Of a stretch of DNA of 64,000 nucleotides, positions 18,330 through 27,370 are shown one piece after another. Numbering within the stretch: the stretch's first letter is position 1; each line of letters begins with the position of its first letter. The position numbers and the translations under genes are program-made. The notes beneath the pieces are model-generated. The model saw only the letters and a program-made list of their open reading frames with translations, ran no database searches and was not told the DNA's origin. Origin of the DNA: Ignavibacteriota bacterium (lineage in GTDB: Bacteria; Bacteroidota; Ignavibacteria; UBA10030; UBA6906); the NCBI GenBank assembly GCA_963801355.1, contig CAWDEM010000008.1:2848001-2912000 (forward strand), read 5' to 3'.

Positions 18330-19088
18330 CTAGCGGTTCGGTCTCTTTTTGCGGACGTCTGTCCGGCCGTCTCGCCGCGAAGAACCGTTAGGGCGGCCGG
18401 CCTGGTTGGAACCTTGAGAACGGCCGGGTTGATTGGAGCGGTGAGAACCGCCTGACTGGTTTGAACGGTGAAAACCGCCGGCCTGGTTGGAACCTTGAGA
18501 ACGGCCGGGTTGGTTGGAGAATTTGGAGCGGTCATTGTGCCCGGTGCCGAACGACCGTTGCGGCCGGCTCCCCGGACTTCCCCCGGGCCGGGGCAGGAGC
18601 GAGGAGAGTTCGTCCACAAAAGATCCCTGGAATTCATACGCGAGAGGATGTGGGGCGAGTCCCGCGCGGACGGGGATCATTGCCACCTCGCGGATGACAT
18701 TGCGCAGCTCCTCCGTCTTTCGCAACACACGTTCGCGGTAGGTGCGTTTCCACAGACGGGGACCTGCAGTACCAGCCGTTGCCGCCGCTGCAGCGATGCG
18801 GAAAGCGGCAAGGAACAACTTCATGTTCGCCCCCTCTTCCTTCCCCCGAATGAGCAGGGTGAGAGTTGAGGGCTGGAAGGTGTAGATCAGGACTTCGAAA
18901 TGGTGCGCCAGGCTTTGATCGCGCAATGCGCCGAGCACCGCACGCACTTCCTCCCGTCCGGCAAATACCGGTCGCGCTTCCAGCGTCTCCAGTGTAACAA
19001 CATACCTGTGCCTGCCGCGATAATCGAATCGCGGTTTGGGCTCTTCACCCGCACTGTGCAGCTGCATGATTTCTGTAGTCGCCATCAT
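18330..19088 (-). CDS. REP-associated tyrosine transposase (RAYT/Y1)-like protein lacking catalytic residues, with low-complexity repeat tail
   Basis: FDY...YVVTL, LWKRTYRERVLR and PVRAGL match the RAYT scaffold; expected MPxHxH reads QPSTLT and YIxxNP reads EVAMIP. Confidence 0.72.
   Translation of the reverse strand: MMATTEIMQLHSAGEEPKPRFDYRGRHRYVVTLETLEARPVFAGREEVRAVLGALRDQSLAHHFEVLIYTFQPSTLTLLIRGKEEGANMKLFLAAFRIAAAAATAGTAGPRLWKRTYRERVLRKTEELRNVIREVAMIPVRAGLAPHPLAYEFQGSFVDELSSLLPRPGGSPGSRPQRSFGTGHNDRSKFSNQPGRSQGSNQAGGFHRSNQSGGSHRSNQPGRSQGSNQAGRPNGSSRRDGRTDVRKKRPNR
18385..18519 (-). repeat. Five 27-bp (9-aa) tandem units SNQxGxxxx
   Basis: SNQPGRSQG SNQAGGFHR SNQSGGSHR SNQPGRSQG SNQAGRPNG; 36-bp exact duplication at 18396-18431 and 18477-18512. 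Confidence 0.9.
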
Positions 19089-19170
19089 TTGCTATGAACA
19101 AGGTGGCACAGTGCACGTCCCAACAATGATCCTCCGAGTTCTTTGCTAGCAGAAGATCGTTGGGACGGCA

Positions 19171-19434
19171 TTAGAGATTCACACCGTGAGCAGTCAGATA
19201 CTGGCGAATCCGGTCCAGCGCTTCCGATTCACTGATGCGCAAACGTACACACGAGGCGCGAACCACCGACTCCAACGGATCGTGCCGGTTTCGCAGCCAG
19301 AGAAACATGTTGTAGCCCAGCCGGTCGAGGTCGTGGGGGTCCTCAACAGGAATTCCCGCGACACTGCCGTAAGCCAGCTTTTCGAGACTCTCGGGCGGTG
19401 CCGGTTTGACCGTGGAAGGAGCTTTCGTTGTCAT
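19171..19434 (-). CDS. Hypothetical protein (87 aa)
   Basis: Compact ORF filling the gap between genes, preceded by a consensus promoter. Confidence 0.7.
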   Translation of the reverse strand: MTTKAPSTVKPAPPESLEKLAYGSVAGIPVEDPHDLDRLGYNMFLWLRNRHDPLESVVRASCVRLRISESEALDRIRQYLTAHGVNL

Positions 19435-19469
19435 ACACGGAGTCCAGTCTTACATGAAAGTGGTGCACC

Positions 19470-19498
19470 AATATACAGATTCAAGCAGATGTTTACAA
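19470..19498 (-). promoter_or_regulatory. Promoter TTGTAA-N17-TATATT upstream of the 87-aa gene and RAYT-like gene
   Basis: -35 at 19498-19493, -10 at 19475-19470. Confidence 0.6.
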
Positions 19499-22240
19499 TT
19501 GATATCCGAGCATCAGGTAGACCAGGAACGGTCCCTGTTGAACCGGAATATTCGGGAGAGACCGACTGAAATAGAAACTCTTCCCCACCCCTAAGGCAGC
19601 CGGTCCGACCGGTGTCGCCAGAGCGAGCTCGAGACCGATACCATGAAGGAGGGAGCTGAATGTGATTTCCTCGGGAACCGCTGAAATGGTTCCGAGGTCA
19701 TACCGCGCTCTCAGATACGCATCAAACAGCAGTTGTACGGGCAGAAGGTAGCGCAATTCTGCGTTGACCAGGACAAGCTGCCGCCCGCGGCGGTCATCCT
19801 CGCGCAAACCGTAGAACGACTCGCGCCCCCCGAGGCGGAACTGCTGTGCCAGAGGCATCGTCCTGTCCGAGATCCCCATCGTGAATCTTGGATGAAACGT
19901 CAGGTGCTTTCCCCAGCTCCCGTAGCTCTCGTACATGAGATACAGGGAATTATAGCCGATCTCGCTCCCCAGTCCCTCCAGGGAGAACTCATACGAAAAC
20001 TTCAGCCCGACACCTGCCGTCGGAAACGGATAACTGTCCTTCGTGTCGATGACCGTACTCAGGCGCACCAGAACAAGCCGGTAGCGTTCGTCGAGCGTTG
20101 TCAGGCGGTCGAGGTTCACGAGCCGGACCTTCTGCCACAGGAGGTCCACTGACGTGTTGCCCAGCCGCTCCAGCAGGCTGCCGAACGAAATGCCGAAACC
20201 GTACCGGATTTCCCTGTATTCGCCGATACGATCGCGCTTCCAGCGGTTTGGCTGCTCCTGCGGGGGCGTCGCATACATATAGCTGTCGTAGGAACGGTGG
20301 AACGCATTGACACCAAATGTTACATAGCTCTCAAAGAGGCGTTGCGCCTTGTACTCGAGCGTGAGGTCGCCGTTGCGCGGCCCCCCTGCAATGGTGAACC
20401 CGAGTTCCATGCCTGTACCCTGGAAGTTCTCATCCCGGATATCCAGCAAGCCCTGCAGCTGCCTCTCGTCGTCGGCGCGCATACCGAAACGCACCAGTTG
20501 CGACGGACGTTCTTTGATGCGAATGGTGAGGCGGATGCGGTCGTCCACTGCGGTGATTTCCAGATAGACGAACTCAAACAACTTCGTCCCGCCCAGGTTC
20601 GAGAGACCTCTCCGTGCTTTACCAATCTCAAATACGTCCCCGGTCGTCAGAGGAAACTCGCGGAGTATGAACGGGTCCTGCGTGCGTTCTCCGCCCTGAA
20701 CATCGATGGCGCGGATAACGCCTTCGTCCAGCTCAAGCGTCAGATTCCCGGTTGCTTCATCGAGGTACGCTGTGTCGATCTGTGCAAGCGAAAGCCCTCC
20801 CGCACGGTATGCACGGAGCACCGCTTCGACCATCCGCTCGGCGGTCTCCGGGGTCATCATGGCACCCTTGATGGGCGCAACGATCTTCTGGAGCATTCCC
20901 TCGCTGACGTACGTGCACCCTTTGAAGCGCACATCATGGATCACAGGGTTGAGGATGCCCGAGAACCGCACATCAGTACCGCCGGCATTGCTTCGCACCA
21001 CAGCACTCACGTCCCGGTACTGTCCGGTGGTGTAGAGTTCATCCAGGAATGTGCGAATGGCCGCCGGGGATCCCCAGCGGTGTACTCCGGGCAGCGTACA
21101 GCGATGGAGGATTGAATCCGGGATCGTCGATGTGTCGTATTCCCACCTGACCGGTTCCTGCAGGGCCGACGTGTCCGCTCCGATCAGGAGCTTCGCTCTG
21201 CTCCTTTCCAGCAGCCGCAGGATATCCGGCATACAACGCTCCGCGGTCGCCTCACCGAGACGGATCAGGGTATCCAGACCGCGAAAAGAAGATCCCGGGT
21301 GGCGGCCGATCTCCGGCGTAAGCACGTAATCCGCCAGCTCCAGGCCGCGCTCGTTCACCCGCTCCATCATGATGCCCATGATCTGGTCGGCGGTTTGCCA
21401 GGGTGCTGTCATTTCGTCGGCTGTCCGCAGACCGCTTGTCGTATTGACGGCAATGACGAGATCGCAGCCCGCCGAACGGGCAACGTCGATAGGAACGTTT
21501 GACACAAGTCCGCCGTCGACAAGCCGCATGCTGTCGCGTTCGATCGGAGTGAAGAGCAACGGCACGGTCGAACTTGCGCGCAACGCTTCCGCAAGCGAGC
21601 CGTCGCGCATGACCACACGGCGTCCCGAAATAAGGTCGGTGGCAACTGCGCGGAAGGGAATCTTGAGATGGTCAAAATCGGGAAACGGATGGTACAGGGC
21701 CTGGAGGATTTTGTCACTCAGGAAATCGGTGAGGCGCTGGCCGGACGAGAATGCAGATGGGAGGACCGGAGCAAGCCCCTCGAACCGTACCGCGATGAAG
21801 CTGCGGTCATCCACGAGTTTCTGATCCATGAACAGTTCGGTTCGTTTCGTCTCATCCGACAGCGAGAGCACCTCGTCCCAATTGGTGGTCACCGCAAGTG
21901 ATTCGAGTTCCGCCGGCGAGTAGCCCGCTGCGTACAGCCCTCCCACGATCGCACCCATGCTGGTTGCCGCGATAAAATCCACCGGGATATTGTGCCGGGC
22001 GAGGACCTTCAGCACGCCGATCTGGGCGATGCCGCGCGCACCGCCGCCGCTCAGGACGAGGCCCACGCGCGGCCGGACAAGAGGACGCTCCCGGAGTATG
22101 TCAGCCGGCGTGCACCACTCCGGTTGGTAGTGCGGACGGAGAACACATACGGTATCGGCGGCCAGCGCCGGAGAGACATCCAGGGCGAAGAGAGCCAGCA
22201 AGACAGCCGTCAGGGCGCGGCGCACGGTGTCCGCCAGCAT
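19493..22240 (-). CDS. Patatin-like phospholipase + POTRA + Omp85 barrel (PlpD/type Vd-like)
   Basis: LSGGGARG, ATSMG nucleophile elbow, VDGG, POTRA segments, C-terminal LMLGYQL. Start at Met 22240 or GTG 22264. Confidence 0.9.
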   Translation of the reverse strand: MLADTVRRALTAVLLALFALDVSPALAADTVCVLRPHYQPEWCTPADILRERPLVRPRVGLVLSGGGARGIAQIGVLKVLARHNIPVDFIAATSMGAIVGGLYAAGYSPAELESLAVTTNWDEVLSLSDETKRTELFMDQKLVDDRSFIAVRFEGLAPVLPSAFSSGQRLTDFLSDKILQALYHPFPDFDHLKIPFRAVATDLISGRRVVMRDGSLAEALRASSTVPLLFTPIERDSMRLVDGGLVSNVPIDVARSAGCDLVIAVNTTSGLRTADEMTAPWQTADQIMGIMMERVNERGLELADYVLTPEIGRHPGSSFRGLDTLIRLGEATAERCMPDILRLLERSRAKLLIGADTSALQEPVRWEYDTSTIPDSILHRCTLPGVHRWGSPAAIRTFLDELYTTGQYRDVSAVVRSNAGGTDVRFSGILNPVIHDVRFKGCTYVSEGMLQKIVAPIKGAMMTPETAERMVEAVLRAYRAGGLSLAQIDTAYLDEATGNLTLELDEGVIRAIDVQGGERTQDPFILREFPLTTGDVFEIGKARRGLSNLGGTKLFEFVYLEITAVDDRIRLTIRIKERPSQLVRFGMRADDERQLQGLLDIRDENFQGTGMELGFTIAGGPRNGDLTLEYKAQRLFESYVTFGVNAFHRSYDSYMYATPPQEQPNRWKRDRIGEYREIRYGFGISFGSLLERLGNTSVDLLWQKVRLVNLDRLTTLDERYRLVLVRLSTVIDTKDSYPFPTAGVGLKFSYEFSLEGLGSEIGYNSLYLMYESYGSWGKHLTFHPRFTMGISDRTMPLAQQFRLGGRESFYGLREDDRRGRQLVLVNAELRYLLPVQLLFDAYLRARYDLGTISAVPEEITFSSLLHGIGLELALATPVGPAALGVGKSFYFSRSLPNIPVQQGPFLVYLMLGYQL

Positions 22241-22268
22241 CGGGGAATTTGCGGGTGCCTGCACGGAA

Positions 22269-23366
22269 TCACCTCGGCACATCCGTGCTGAGCCGGAACC
22301 GGAGAACCAATCCCTGTTCCTGGTCCAGCACATACAGTATCTTCTCGAAGAAGGCAAGGCCGCTCGGCCTGCGCAACAACCCGCCTGAGCGCTGCAACCC
22401 GAATGACTCGCTGCGCATGAATCCCCGGCTGGTAAATTTGAACACGCTGTCGAGCGCCGCATCGGCAACAAAGATATCCCGCCGTGACGGGTCGATGGCG
22501 ACAGCAGCCGGACGTGCATAGCGGTTCGGGCGGATGAAGTCGACCAGACGATCATCCAACCTTGCCGGATCGAATCGCGGCAACCATCCCTGGAACTCGC
22601 TTGTGCTCTGGTACACCATCCATAACGCCCCGTACGCCACGCCGTCAGAGGACTGTGCAAGGACAAAATCCCGGCTGTTGGGAAAAGCGGCGATGGCGGT
22701 CGGGTGGTTGATGTTGACAATGCCGGTTCCGATGCCGGTGACAAACGCGGGAAGGGGCGTGATGAATTTGTCGGACGCGTCGAATTGCAGCACCCGCGCG
22801 TCCGGATCAATGAAGCTCGTGTTGTCCGTTCCGTCGCGCACCGCGAGGTAGGTATTGTCGCTCAGCACGGCAATGCCCGGGAATCGCCGCCGGGGATGGG
22901 CGAGTTCCCGCCAGACGGTGTCGATGGGTGCCACGTCCAGGCGATGTGCCGAATCGGCTGACGCCGAGACCAGACGGAGACGGAATATCGCTCCCACCGT
23001 ATCCCCGTTCGTGGCAATCAATTCACCGCCCACCAGCAGGTCAAGACGCGAATCCTGAGACAGCGATACGGGATGGAGCATGGCACGCGTGCTCAGGACA
23101 CCACCTGCTCTGTTCAGCATCACGATGCGGTTTGCGCGCGTATCGGCGACATAGAGCAACTGATCCCGGCCGAGAAGAATTCCCTCGGGCTCTGTGAACC
23201 CGCCGAACGGCGGCTCGATCGTTACATAGGCCGTGTCAATCAACGTCGCCGGCTGCTGTGGAAGGCTTCCCAGATCCATGGGCGAATCGCACCCTGTCTC
23301 CAGTGATATCCAGAGCAGGGCCGCGAGACACGCGGCACGGCGTGCTATGTGCATCGGTGTCTGCAT
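22269..23366 (-). CDS. Lipoprotein with NHL/beta-propeller repeats
   Basis: Lipobox-like ETGC; PEGI...LYVADT, PAAVAID...IFVAD, PSGLAF...LYVLD. Confidence 0.75.
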   Translation of the reverse strand: MQTPMHIARRAACLAALLWISLETGCDSPMDLGSLPQQPATLIDTAYVTIEPPFGGFTEPEGILLGRDQLLYVADTRANRIVMLNRAGGVLSTRAMLHPVSLSQDSRLDLLVGGELIATNGDTVGAIFRLRLVSASADSAHRLDVAPIDTVWRELAHPRRRFPGIAVLSDNTYLAVRDGTDNTSFIDPDARVLQFDASDKFITPLPAFVTGIGTGIVNINHPTAIAAFPNSRDFVLAQSSDGVAYGALWMVYQSTSEFQGWLPRFDPARLDDRLVDFIRPNRYARPAAVAIDPSRRDIFVADAALDSVFKFTSRGFMRSESFGLQRSGGLLRRPSGLAFFEKILYVLDQEQGLVLRFRLSTDVPR

Positions 23367-24430
23367 CAGTATGTCAGCATAAGCGAAATCCGGTGCACGG
23401 ATCCCAGCCGGTTAAAGTTCGAGTATGCATAATCGGCCTGCACCGTGGTGAATCCGGTGGCCACACGGAACCCTGCGCCGAGCGCGTAACTCTCCTCGGA
23501 TGTTTCATCCCCTGCAAGCAGCTTCTGGCCGATGGTACGCTTAATGCCGCCCCGGAGAAACAGGGTCTGCTGCCACGCGTACTCCACACCGAGGCGGACG
23601 TTCTCCGCATTGTCGTTCGGATGATTCAGCTGGACCGACGCGGTGAGCCGTTGGTCATCCGTCATCCACGGCTCCATCGCAAACCCGAGCTTGAAGAGCG
23701 TCGGCAGCGAAAATGACTGGAATGAAGTCACCTGCGTGCCGTCAAGCTGCGGTGCCGTTCCCGCCGCCGCCACATCGGCCCCGAAATTGCTGATCACCAC
23801 GGCGAACCGCGACGTCCCCAGGCCGGTCCAGTAGAACGTCCCGAGATCGATCATGACCGAACGCATCGTGAGCATATCCAGCGTCTCTTGAACATACCGT
23901 ACCGTGGCCCCGAAGCTGAACTGTTCGGTCATCTTTCGTGCGTACGTAAGGCCGATCCCGACATCACCGAAAGAGAAGTATCTCCCCGTTCCCAGGGGCT
24001 GGGTCTCCGTAGTTATCTCCATATCGGTCATGTGCAGCGACGAGAACGAGAGACCGAACGCGTCAGCTTCGGTCAGATGGTATGTCACGCCGAGATAGTC
24101 GTGATTGATATCTGCGACATACCCGGTGTGGGACGCGAACAGTTCGTTCTCGGCGGTCTGCGTAAGCCCGGCGGGGTTCCAGTAAAGCGCAGAGGCGTCG
24201 TTCGCGACGGCCACGAACGACTCACCCATGGCCACGCCGCGCGCACCAACGCCGATCTTCAGGAACTGGAACGCGGAAATGCCTGCACGTTGTCCCCCCA
24301 GGTTGGGCACGAGCTGCGCATAAAGAGTCCCGGAAGCGACGAGGAGGCAGAAACAAAAAAGCCACAGCGCGGCTGCCGGACGCCGGCCGGGTTTTCTCTT
24401 CCATCTCCTATATGTTGCTGCTGCGGGCAT
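23366..24430 (-). CDS. PorV/PorQ (UPF0164) family outer-membrane barrel
   Basis: FLKIGVGARGVAMGE...DASALYWNPAGL signature; C-terminal HRISL. Confidence 0.88.
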   Translation of the reverse strand: MPAAATYRRWKRKPGRRPAAALWLFCFCLLVASGTLYAQLVPNLGGQRAGISAFQFLKIGVGARGVAMGESFVAVANDASALYWNPAGLTQTAENELFASHTGYVADINHDYLGVTYHLTEADAFGLSFSSLHMTDMEITTETQPLGTGRYFSFGDVGIGLTYARKMTEQFSFGATVRYVQETLDMLTMRSVMIDLGTFYWTGLGTSRFAVVISNFGADVAAAGTAPQLDGTQVTSFQSFSLPTLFKLGFAMEPWMTDDQRLTASVQLNHPNDNAENVRLGVEYAWQQTLFLRGGIKRTIGQKLLAGDETSEESYALGAGFRVATGFTTVQADYAYSNFNRLGSVHRISLMLTY

Positions 24431-24451
24431 GGTTCCCGGGGATTCCTTTTC

Positions 24452-27364
24452 TCAGAACCTGAACGACAGGCTGCCCCGGATGGTCCTCGGGTTCAGATAC
24501 CGCGTCGGGTCGTAAGGGAACGGCGAGATATTTCCCGACAGCTGCGGATATAACGGGTCATTGTAGCTCGTCGGCGTCGGATCACCGTATTCATACGCCC
24601 TGCCGGTGATCGGGTTGACGATCTGTGTATTCCGGTTGTCAAAGAGATTCTGGATTTCGATACTCGCGACCAGTTTGCCGAAACCCAGGTCAATGAGTTT
24701 TTCGATGTTCAGATCGACGTAGAACCAGTAGGCGCCGCTCGATCCGTTCAGGTTGTCGAGGTTGGGGATATATTGCGGGCGCCCCGTAGTGGCTTCGACA
24801 CCCGTCAGAATCTGCGGCGTATAGCGCTTGCCCGACTGGACAAAAACGCGCACGAACGCATTCCAGTCGTCCAGGAAGCCAACCCCGAAGAGCGGCTCAT
24901 CCTTCGGGACGGTGAAGTTGAGATACAGGGATGCCTGGAACGGTCGGTCCCAGATCAGATAGTTTTCGCGGATGTTTTCGGGCTCCCCCTGCTGGAGACG
25001 GATGAGATTCTCGTTCGGCGTGGAACTTTTTCCTGTGAAAACGGAATACGAGCCAGACAGGGTACCCCGGAACCAGTTGCCGAAACGCGTCTTGTATTCG
25101 ATTTCAATGCCCCGGTTGCGGCAGTAATCGGAATTGAGGTAGGTTGTGTAGTACTGCGCGCCGCCGGAGCTTTTCGCACGCAACACCGACTTCTCCGTGC
25201 TGTAATCATAAATATCTTTGTAGTATGCCGTCACGGTGAGGACATCGCTGCCCGATATCTGGTTCCGCAGCCCGAGTTCATAGGCGACCGTTGTTTCGGG
25301 ATTCAGATTGGGATTGCCGACCGGATCAGTAGAGCGCACCGACACCGATGTTCTACTGAGCTTGGAATATATGTACTGCGGGCGCGGCAGCTTCGAGAAA
25401 TGGCAGTAGGAGAAGAAGAGCGTCTGGTTGTCTGACACCGGATGGGAAATGCCCAGTCGCGGGCTGAGTCGCGCTTTGAACCGCCGGCCGAACAGCTCGA
25501 ACGTATCGTTGAGATACGCTTCCCGCAACGCCGGCGAAACGATCAATGCGAGCGATGGATCCTTCGCGACATCATCCACATATTTGCCCGGTGCCCAGTA
25601 CTCCAGCCGCAGTCCGGCATTCAGCAGCATGCCGCTCAACGTGATATTGTCCTGGGCATACACCGCCCCCTGGAGCGCGTGAATGTTGTATACATCGTTG
25701 TCAAACCCGAGTGGCTTCACCCATGGACGGAAGATATCCACCATCTGCATCTCCTGGTACCGTACTTCAATGCCGGTCTTGAACTTGTTCGTCTCGGTGA
25801 AGAAGTTCGTCAGATCGCACTTCAGGGTGTACTCCGTGCTGAAGTGATCGCGCCATTTGTTGGGTGATCCCAGATCATAGAACCCGTCGCCCGGCACAAC
25901 GCCGACCGTATCACGGCCCAGGTTGTAATAAAGTATAGGATAGGTCACGATATCCTGCGGTTCGAGGTACGCACCGAACGGCTTGCCGTTGGCATCCCCG
26001 CGCACGTGTGCTGTGTAACGGCTCAACTTCACTTCATAAAACATCTGCTTGCTCAACGTGTGCATCCACGAGAGCGAGTGCTGCATGTTGATCTGTGTGA
26101 ATGTCGCTGCACTGTCGGGAATAAACTGGAAGAGGTACTGGTATCCCGGATTGGGTTCCACGCGTTCTAGTGTCGCCTGTATTGCCTGCGTGTTCTGGTC
26201 GATGACCACGGATTGGTTGAAGGCATAGGAAAGCTTCATCGTGGAATTGGGCTTCCACGTGAGCTTCGTCAACCACGAATAGTTGTTGCTCCTCTTCGGC
26301 GCCCAGCTTGAACCGTTGAATATCGATGAGTAGAGCCCGCCGGGCGCCTCGACAACCCATGCCGTCGGTCGGCGGTCCAGTCCGACGGATTGCACCCAGC
26401 GGGTGTAGTTATCGCTGAGATTTGCATACACCGTTCCAAAAAAGGTCACCGTACCGGGTACCTGTACGCCGAGAGCCGGGAGCAGATAACCCGTGATCGG
26501 TTCCGGCCCGCTCAGATTGAGATCATAGATGTCGGTGTTCCAATTCGAGCGGGAGTCATTGTTGAAACCAAAATGATCGGTCTTGTACCCGATCGATCCG
26601 CTGTACCTGTCCGAGCCTTCCCGTGTCGTAATGTTGACGATGCCCGAGGTCGCCTGTCCGTATTCAGCGTTGTAGCCGCCGGTGATGACTTCGACCTCCT
26701 GGATTGCCGAGGGACTCAGCTGGAGTCCGAACCCCGAACCGGCCATCGGATCCTGCACGGAGATCCCGTCGAGCAGATAGGCATTCTCGTGCGTCCGCCC
26801 GCCGCGGATGTGAATCTCGTTATCGGCCATGATGACCCCCGGCTGCATGGCAACGACCGACTGCACGTTCTGCAGCGCGGCGGCCTGAATGTCGGCCTGG
26901 TTGATATTCCTGCGGCTGGCGGTCTCCTCGATATCGAACAGCGGCTTCTCGCCGATAATGACCACGTCCTGACCGATCGTCAGCACGGTCTCTTCCAGTT
27001 TCGCCCGGATCGACGCTGTCTCGCCCGGTTGGACTTTCACGTTCGTGAACTGCACAAGCTTGTAGCCGAGCAGTGAGACCTCCACCGTATAGGCGCCCGG
27101 GTTGACTTTTTCGATCCGCACGTTGCCGTCGATGTCACTGGTGGCCCCGTAGTAAGTCCCCTTCACGGTGACATTTGCGCCGGGGAGTCCTTCGCCGGTT
27201 TTTGCATCCACGACCGTGCCCATAATCCGGCCGACCGTCTGCGCCGCGGCAATCGGCGGAGCCGTGACACACAGCCCCGTGAGCAGAAGCGCGGTCAGAG
27301 CACTCACCCACCATCTCCTTGTGCCTGCCGGCACCATCGTGCGATATTCTCTCCGGTGGTTCAT
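24452..27364 (-). CDS. TonB-dependent receptor
   Basis: GLPGANV, IHIRGGR...YLLDG, GGYNAEYGQATSG, SPRLGISHP, GNPNLNPETTVAYELG, terminal Phe. Confidence 0.92.
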   Translation of the reverse strand: MNHRREYRTMVPAGTRRWWVSALTALLLTGLCVTAPPIAAAQTVGRIMGTVVDAKTGEGLPGANVTVKGTYYGATSDIDGNVRIEKVNPGAYTVEVSLLGYKLVQFTNVKVQPGETASIRAKLEETVLTIGQDVVIIGEKPLFDIEETASRRNINQADIQAAALQNVQSVVAMQPGVIMADNEIHIRGGRTHENAYLLDGISVQDPMAGSGFGLQLSPSAIQEVEVITGGYNAEYGQATSGIVNITTREGSDRYSGSIGYKTDHFGFNNDSRSNWNTDIYDLNLSGPEPITGYLLPALGVQVPGTVTFFGTVYANLSDNYTRWVQSVGLDRRPTAWVVEAPGGLYSSIFNGSSWAPKRSNNYSWLTKLTWKPNSTMKLSYAFNQSVVIDQNTQAIQATLERVEPNPGYQYLFQFIPDSAATFTQINMQHSLSWMHTLSKQMFYEVKLSRYTAHVRGDANGKPFGAYLEPQDIVTYPILYYNLGRDTVGVVPGDGFYDLGSPNKWRDHFSTEYTLKCDLTNFFTETNKFKTGIEVRYQEMQMVDIFRPWVKPLGFDNDVYNIHALQGAVYAQDNITLSGMLLNAGLRLEYWAPGKYVDDVAKDPSLALIVSPALREAYLNDTFELFGRRFKARLSPRLGISHPVSDNQTLFFSYCHFSKLPRPQYIYSKLSRTSVSVRSTDPVGNPNLNPETTVAYELGLRNQISGSDVLTVTAYYKDIYDYSTEKSVLRAKSSGGAQYYTTYLNSDYCRNRGIEIEYKTRFGNWFRGTLSGSYSVFTGKSSTPNENLIRLQQGEPENIRENYLIWDRPFQASLYLNFTVPKDEPLFGVGFLDDWNAFVRVFVQSGKRYTPQILTGVEATTGRPQYIPNLDNLNGSSGAYWFYVDLNIEKLIDLGFGKLVASIEIQNLFDNRNTQIVNPITGRAYEYGDPTPTSYNDPLYPQLSGNISPFPYDPTRYLNPRTIRGSLSFRF

Positions 27365-27370
27365 GGCGGG

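Noticed and set aside
16622-19434. Prophage or active mobile element
   Set aside because: No integrase, structural genes, terminal repeats or att/tRNA site; the transposase-like gene lacks catalytic residues
22241-22810. N-terminal extension of the patatin ORF to 1105 aa
   Set aside because: Overlaps the NHL lipoprotein in another frame; the signal peptide begins near 22240
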